From positions 288,001 through 352,000 of the forward strand of contig CAVVUN010000001.1 in the NCBI GenBank assembly GCA_963751455.1: 64,000 nt of DNA. Direction: 5' to 3'. The notes beneath the pieces were generated by a model. The model searched no databases and was not told the origin of the DNA. It saw only the letters and a list, made by a program, of their open reading frames with translations. Positions 58,823-64,000 of the stretch are shown in pieces; position 1 is the stretch's first letter; every line of letters starts with the position of its first letter. This stretch comes from Nitrospirota bacterium (GTDB taxonomy: Bacteria > Nitrospirota > UBA9217). The translations under genes and the position numbers were made by a program.

Positions 58823-59608
58823 TTAGAATGTGTCATCCCATGAAATCTGAAACAGGTGCTTTTTGAAGCCATTGCCGTCGGTGGAAGCTGCCTTCAGAAA
58901 AGAGTAGCCGATTGTCAGTACGGATGGTACATACGTCAAGCCGACGCCGAACGACCTGGTCGTGTATGAAGGGATATCCAATGTTGTATCGTAATAACCA
59001 GTCGATATTTTCTGCGTACCCTTCTGTTTTGCTACCATTCCGATGATGTCTATACGGACCGTATCGAGAGTGAAACCCGCCTGGACCCCTCCTTGACCGC
59101 CATATGTATAGGAAATCACATCCCATCTGTCATTTACAATGTTCGGCCCGGGCGCGATAGTGGGGTGCTCCATGGATGAGTAGGACGCATTGAAACCGGG
59201 GCCGGCAAAGAGAACAAGATTGACAATATCATTTTCAAACGGCTGTGCTGCGAGATTGAGTGCTACAGGAACGGCTACGCCGTTAAGGCCCATGGAGCCG
59301 TTGTGGGCAACGAGGTAAACGGCGCCGAAATTAAAATCGAGCGCGAGACGGCTGCTGAAAGAACGCCGGGTAGTTACATCGAGACCGTACCCGTCCAATT
59401 GGGAAGGATTCGTGGAATCGGTTCCTTGCATTGAGAAATAACCGACCCGCAGCTTTACTCCTTTTTCTTCCGGTTGAAAAAACGGACTGGCAGGGGGCGG
59501 CGGCGGGATTACTGACAAGGAAGACAGGAACAATTCCTCGGCATGAACAGAAACGGCGTGAAGGGAGCCAAAAAACAATAAGACGGCAAATGAAATCATG
59601 CGGAGCAT
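58823..59608 (-). CDS. putative outer-membrane beta-barrel protein, paralog 1
   Basis: Signal peptide, alternating beta pattern, C-terminal aromatic residue; collinear with 59919-60719. Confidence 0.7.
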   Translation of the reverse strand: MLRMISFAVLLFFGSLHAVSVHAEELFLSSLSVIPPPPPASPFFQPEEKGVKLRVGYFSMQGTDSTNPSQLDGYGLDVTTRRSFSSRLALDFNFGAVYLVAHNGSMGLNGVAVPVALNLAAQPFENDIVNLVLFAGPGFNASYSSMEHPTIAPGPNIVNDRWDVISYTYGGQGGVQAGFTLDTVRIDIIGMVAKQKGTQKISTGYYDTTLDIPSYTTRSFGVGLTYVPSVLTIGYSFLKAASTDGNGFKKHLFQISWDDTF

Positions 59609-59865
59609 ACAACGGACCTCCCTGTTGAAAAGCCCAGGCCCAGGCCGGCTTCGTCTGATAGAGTTAGAAAAAGGAGTGACTGATTCTACCCGTGGTGTCG
59701 CAGTTTGATGTACTAGAAGACGAAAAACTGCGTCTAGTAGCGGAAACCATGCCGGTAGTTGAAGCTCCCTGATGTGCAGTCGCTTAAGAAAAGCCTAGTA
59801 TACCGCTCTCTGCTTGTCAAGACAGGAAGCCCTGGATGAGGAGAGGAGATCCGGCGGATGGCATT

Positions 59866-59897
59866 AAAAAAGCCCGACCAAAAAAAGGTCGGGCTTA
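59866..59897 (-). terminator. intrinsic terminator
   Basis: AAGCCCGACC-loop-GGTCGGGCTT perfect stem with U-tract on the minus strand. Confidence 0.8.
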
Positions 59898-59918
59898 TGA
59901 TCCAATGAGGTTAAATAA

Positions 59919-60719
59919 TCAATATTTATGGCTCCAGGAAAGCTGATACAGGTGCGTCTTGAAACCGCTGCTTTCGCCTTCGCTTTTGCCCTTGCCTGCT
60001 TCCTGCAATACCGAACTGAGCGCCAATCCCCACGGCACAATAATGAAATCAACACCGAAGGTGTTCGTGGTCATCGTGGGAATGTCCGTAGAAGTACTGC
60101 CTCCGTAAGACGAATACGTGCTCTGGCTCCCTTTCTGCGAGGCAGTCATACCGAAGGCGTCTACGCCGATGGGCCCGAACGTAAATCCAAGCTGCACGCC
60201 GCCCTGGGCGCCGTACATGAACGAATCAACGGTCGTAGTCATTGTGGTCTCCTGTCCGGAATATCCAATATACGAAGTCTCCATGGACATGGCTGACATA
60301 TTGAATGACGGCCCGAAAAAGACAATTACATTGAGGATGTCGCTCTTGAATGGCTCTACTTCCAGGTTGAAACTGAAGGGTATGGAGATACCGTTCAGGG
60401 TTCCGGTAGACCCCAGGTCGCCGTCAAGATATGTTACGCCGTAATTGAAATCCATGGCAAAGCGGTTGCCGAAGGCTTTCCGCATCACCGCGTCAACACC
60501 GTAACCGCTCAGTTCGAAATCAAACGCCGGATCCGTGCTTTCCATTGTCAGGTACGTGCCGCGGATCTTCATGTCCTTTTCCCTGGAGTCAAAGACGGGA
60601 TTTGCTATCGGGGGCGGACTGACGGAAAAGGAAGACTGGGACGAAGCAGCTGAACAAATTGATACTGCGGCCAGTAAAACAAGAATCGAAACAGCAACTG
60701 AAATCGCTTTCCTCTGCAT
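59919..60719 (-). CDS. putative outer-membrane beta-barrel protein, paralog 2
   Basis: GGAGG RBS, signal peptide, C-terminal YQLSWSHKY. Confidence 0.72.
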   Translation of the reverse strand: MQRKAISVAVSILVLLAAVSICSAASSQSSFSVSPPPIANPVFDSREKDMKIRGTYLTMESTDPAFDFELSGYGVDAVMRKAFGNRFAMDFNYGVTYLDGDLGSTGTLNGISIPFSFNLEVEPFKSDILNVIVFFGPSFNMSAMSMETSYIGYSGQETTMTTTVDSFMYGAQGGVQLGFTFGPIGVDAFGMTASQKGSQSTYSSYGGSTSTDIPTMTTNTFGVDFIIVPWGLALSSVLQEAGKGKSEGESSGFKTHLYQLSWSHKY

Positions 60720-60928
60720 AAAAGACCTCCTCCTGTATTATGGGTCGTCCCGGCGGAATATCAGCAGTGCCCTGATGAAATGTGTACGGAACTTTAGTAC
60801 CCTTTTTAATACTTAATACGTAACATTTTCTTGCAAATCTGTCAAGGAAAAGTTGTATTACCAGTTTTTTATTGATTATTGAGGAGTTACGGCAGTGATT
60901 TTTAAGGTCATAATGGAGGGTTTTGTAA

Positions 60929-63900
60929 TTATGTGTTTTCGAGAATTCTGTTAAAAATCTGTCTGACATTGCCGCTCAGGAGTTCATATTCATGAAGGAG
61001 CTTCTGCCCGGCAGAACAATTATCATCTCTATAGCCCATTCTGCGGGCGAGCGGCTGCACTATGGCTTCGTCCCTGATCAGTTCGCTTGTTGCCTGATTT
61101 GTAACGATCCGCATCCTGCTCTCGAGCAGCCTCATAAACAGATAGGCCCTCAGCAAAACGCTGTAATCGGCGCTTTCGATCAGTCCGGATTTGAAAAGCG
61201 CACGGAGCGCATCATACGTGCCGGGAAGCCTTATACTGACGAATTTTTTCCCATAAATAAGCTGCAGGTACTGGACAAGAAACTCTATATCAATGAGCCC
61301 CCCCGCTCCCTGCTTGATGTTGTAATGAAGTGTGTTTTCTTTGCCCACTTCCTCTTCGATTCTTTTTCTCATGGTGTGGACATCCTCGGCAAGGCCACGC
61401 CCGTCGTACTCACGATACACCAGCCCCTGCATGGTCCTGCAGAATTCGATGCCCACGGTCCGGTCGCCCGCGACATGACGCGCGCGAATAAGGGCCTGTC
61501 GCTCCCAGGTAGCTGCATTTTCTGCGTAATGTTTTTTGAACGCTTCTATACTCTGAACGAGCGGGCCCTTGGAGCCGGTCGGTCGAAGTCTGGTATCGAT
61601 ATGGAACGCATACCCTTCACGGGTCAGTGAGGACAGGTAGGAAATGGTCTTCTCAGCCACTTTACTGAAGTATTCGAAAACGGAAACGCCGGACGGAGCG
61701 GTCCGGGTACGGTCCTCCGACATCACAAAGAGTATGTCCAGATCGGACCCGTATGTTAACTCTCTGCCCCCCAGTTTGCCGACCCCGATCACGGCAAGAC
61801 CCGCCGGCGAGCCCGTGCACGAATAGCGTCGTGCCGTCTCGGAAACAGCCATCTGGAGCGCGGCTTCAAGGCAGGCTTCAGCAAGCTTTGAGAGATCACG
61901 GGAAACAGCCGCGATATGGAGATTCGACAGCAAATCCGCCATTCCGATCCGTATTTCCTCCTGCTGCTTGATGCGTCGCAGCGCATCCATTTTTTCGGGC
62001 ACTCCCGGCAGCCCTTCGAGCCCTGCCGAGAGCTCCCTCGAAAATACCGCCGAGGTCCCGATGCCGAAGGCTTTCCTGGATTCCATCAGGTTCTCGAGGA
62101 GCGCGGGCCTGCGCACCAGCATCCTGGAAAAATACTCGCTGTTCGCAAAAACGGCAACCAGTACCCGCACAGACGTCGGATCAACCTTTACGAGCGATTG
62201 AAAGGCCTCCCATGAGCCCTGTCCCGCGAGAAAGGATTCCAGGTGATTGAGTGCCATGTCGGGGTCCGGCGACGTGGCGATCTCGTGAAACAACGACGGG
62301 AAAATTTCATGGAAAAGTTTACGGCTCCTCGGTGTCTGGTGGACAAAAGCCGTACCTTCCCTGAGAAGCGCCAAATTCCGGTATGCCTTTCCCGGTTCGC
62401 GGAAACCAAGCTTGCGCAGTTCCGTTGATGCTTCGTGCTCCGTTGTCTCAGGATCGAGCAGGCCGTCATAGCGGCCTGTTGCCGTTTCCTTATCGGGCGC
62501 GGTGAAGGCAAACAAATCGTCATATGCATTCCGCACTCTTCCGGTATGCTCGCCGTACTCTTGAAGCAGCAGCTCCGCTTCCCTTCCCTGATCGAGATAC
62601 CCGGCCCTCCGGGCAAGCGTACGCAACTCAGCTTCGTCGGAGGGCATGACCTGGGTCTGAAGGTCGTCGAGGAGCTGAATGCGGTGCTCGACAATGCGCA
62701 GGAATATGTAGGCCTTTGAAAGGTCCGCATGCTCCTGATAGGTTATCAACCCCTTTTGAGAAAGCGTATGCAGCGCCCTGAGCGAATTCCGTTCGCGAAG
62801 GGTCCGGTCCCGGCCCGCATACATCAACTGGAGCGCCTGAATAACGAACTCGATCTCCCGGATGCCGCCATACCCGAGTTTGACATCGCGGTGCATTTTT
62901 CCCTTCTGTTCAACTTCCTTGTTGATCTTCTGCTTCATGTCGCTGATCTCGACAATCGCGCCATAGTCAAGATACTTCCGGTAAACAAACGGGGTAATCC
63001 GTTCTACAAATTCTCTGCCAAGGACGGGATCGCCTGCAACCGGCCGGGCCTTGATCAGCGCCGAACGCTCCCAGGTCTGGCCCCAGGATTCGTAATAGAT
63101 CTCATAACCGCCGAGGCTCTGAGCGAGCGGTCCGCGCTGCCCCTCCGGCCTCAACCTGAGATCGACGCGAAACACGAAGCCGTCCTCCGTCTTCTGTCCG
63201 ATCGCGGCAGTCAGTTTTTCGGAAACCTTGACGAAATATTGATGGTTCGTGATTTTGCCGACAGGCGCGCCGCCTGAGCCCGGGATCCCTTCTGTTTCTC
63301 CGTCAGCACTGTACACGTACATCAGGTCCACATCGGAGCTGAAGTTCAGTTCCCTCCCCCCGAGTTTGCCCATCGCGACTACCGCGAACCGTGCGGGGGT
63401 CGCGACATTGTCACGGTCAGGGGTCATGGGCCTTCCGTACCTGGTCCTGAGACTTGCGTCCGCCCATTCGCAGGCGACCTGCAGACAAACCTCGGCGAGG
63501 TCCGACAGGTCACCTACTGTTTCCTGAAGGTCGGCCTTGGAGAGCAGGTCCCGAAGCGCGATACGGAGCATCTCCTTCTTCCGAAAGAGACGCAAGGTCC
63601 TGAAAAATATTTTTTCATCAGCATTAACGCCCGCAAGAACGCGCAGGCTTTCCATCAGTGCTCCCTTGCCGTTCCGGGATGCGAGAAATTCAGGGTCGGA
63701 CAGCAACGAAACGCTCGCGTCGCCGCACGCCACGAGGAACGCGGCGAGAAACCGGCTTGCGCCGGATATCGTGATGAGACGAGCAAGCAGTTCCGGATTC
63801 GAGCGCGTGCAGACAAGAAAGGCAGGAACATCGGCAAGGCCGCTCACAAAACGCTCAAAATTATTTAAAGCCATATCCGGGTCCGCGGAAACGGACACGA

Positions 63901-64000
63901 GTGAAAGGAGGGTCGGTAATAAATCAGAAAAGGACTGATCAACCAATTTCGTCTTCAGGAGCTCGATATTACGGAGGGCTTGAGCAGCGTCGAGGATTCC
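60929..64000 (-). CDS. glnE: glutamine synthetase adenylyltransferase/deadenylase (5' end outside window)
   Basis: Two nucleotidyltransferase domains (MGKLGGRELNFSSDVD; GKLGGRELTYGSDLD), DLRLRPEG, WER, GGIREIEF. Confidence 0.96.
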   Translation of the reverse strand, partial: GILDAAQALRNIELLKTKLVDQSFSDLLPTLLSLVSVSADPDMALNNFERFVSGLADVPAFLVCTRSNPELLARLITISGASRFLAAFLVACGDASVSLLSDPEFLASRNGKGALMESLRVLAGVNADEKIFFRTLRLFRKKEMLRIALRDLLSKADLQETVGDLSDLAEVCLQVACEWADASLRTRYGRPMTPDRDNVATPARFAVVAMGKLGGRELNFSSDVDLMYVYSADGETEGIPGSGGAPVGKITNHQYFVKVSEKLTAAIGQKTEDGFVFRVDLRLRPEGQRGPLAQSLGGYEIYYESWGQTWERSALIKARPVAGDPVLGREFVERITPFVYRKYLDYGAIVEISDMKQKINKEVEQKGKMHRDVKLGYGGIREIEFVIQALQLMYAGRDRTLRERNSLRALHTLSQKGLITYQEHADLSKAYIFLRIVEHRIQLLDDLQTQVMPSDEAELRTLARRAGYLDQGREAELLLQEYGEHTGRVRNAYDDLFAFTAPDKETATGRYDGLLDPETTEHEASTELRKLGFREPGKAYRNLALLREGTAFVHQTPRSRKLFHEIFPSLFHEIATSPDPDMALNHLESFLAGQGSWEAFQSLVKVDPTSVRVLVAVFANSEYFSRMLVRRPALLENLMESRKAFGIGTSAVFSRELSAGLEGLPGVPEKMDALRRIKQQEEIRIGMADLLSNLHIAAVSRDLSKLAEACLEAALQMAVSETARRYSCTGSPAGLAVIGVGKLGGRELTYGSDLDILFVMSEDRTRTAPSGVSVFEYFSKVAEKTISYLSSLTREGYAFHIDTRLRPTGSKGPLVQSIEAFKKHYAENAATWERQALIRARHVAGDRTVGIEFCRTMQGLVYREYDGRGLAEDVHTMRKRIEEEVGKENTLHYNIKQGAGGLIDIEFLVQYLQLIYGKKFVSIRLPGTYDALRALFKSGLIESADYSVLLRAYLFMRLLESRMRIVTNQATSELIRDEAIVQPLARRMGYRDDNCSAGQKLLHEYELLSGNVRQIFNRILENT

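Noticed and set aside
1-64000. CRISPR array, tRNA or rRNA genes
   Set aside because: No regularly spaced identical repeats with unique spacers and no tRNA or rRNA signatures were seen by eye

Overview
Bacterial chromosomal window; gene content and style suggest a Nitrospirota or deltaproteobacteria-like organism (inference only). In order: (1) housekeeping genes lptF, lptG, coaE, queC, nth and pssA, plus a Crp/Fnr module with two TATGA-N6-TCATA boxes; (2) an AT-rich accessory island (~11.3-20.2 kb) with an HTH-HATPase-STAS gene, degenerate integron-like sites, and two inverted, near-identical IS3-family copies around an uncharacterised operon of winged-helix proteins and an HDR-type PLD-fold protein, whose fourth gene is broken by an IS200; (3) frameshifted UPF0182 and CaCA genes; (4) a ~24 kb glycosylation cluster with seven GT-C-type membrane glycosyltransferase candidates and no recognisable wzx/wzy/wzz; (5) a cation/H+ antiporter cluster with a riboswitch-like terminator leader and a possible leaderless arrest-peptide ORF ending SGLSPPLV; (6) TSUP, two paralogous beta-barrel-like proteins and a partial glnE. 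Intergenic regions carry many MITE, REP, heptamer and nonamer palindromic elements. No rRNA, tRNA or CRISPR array was seen. Family assignments come from motif recognition by eye, not database searches.
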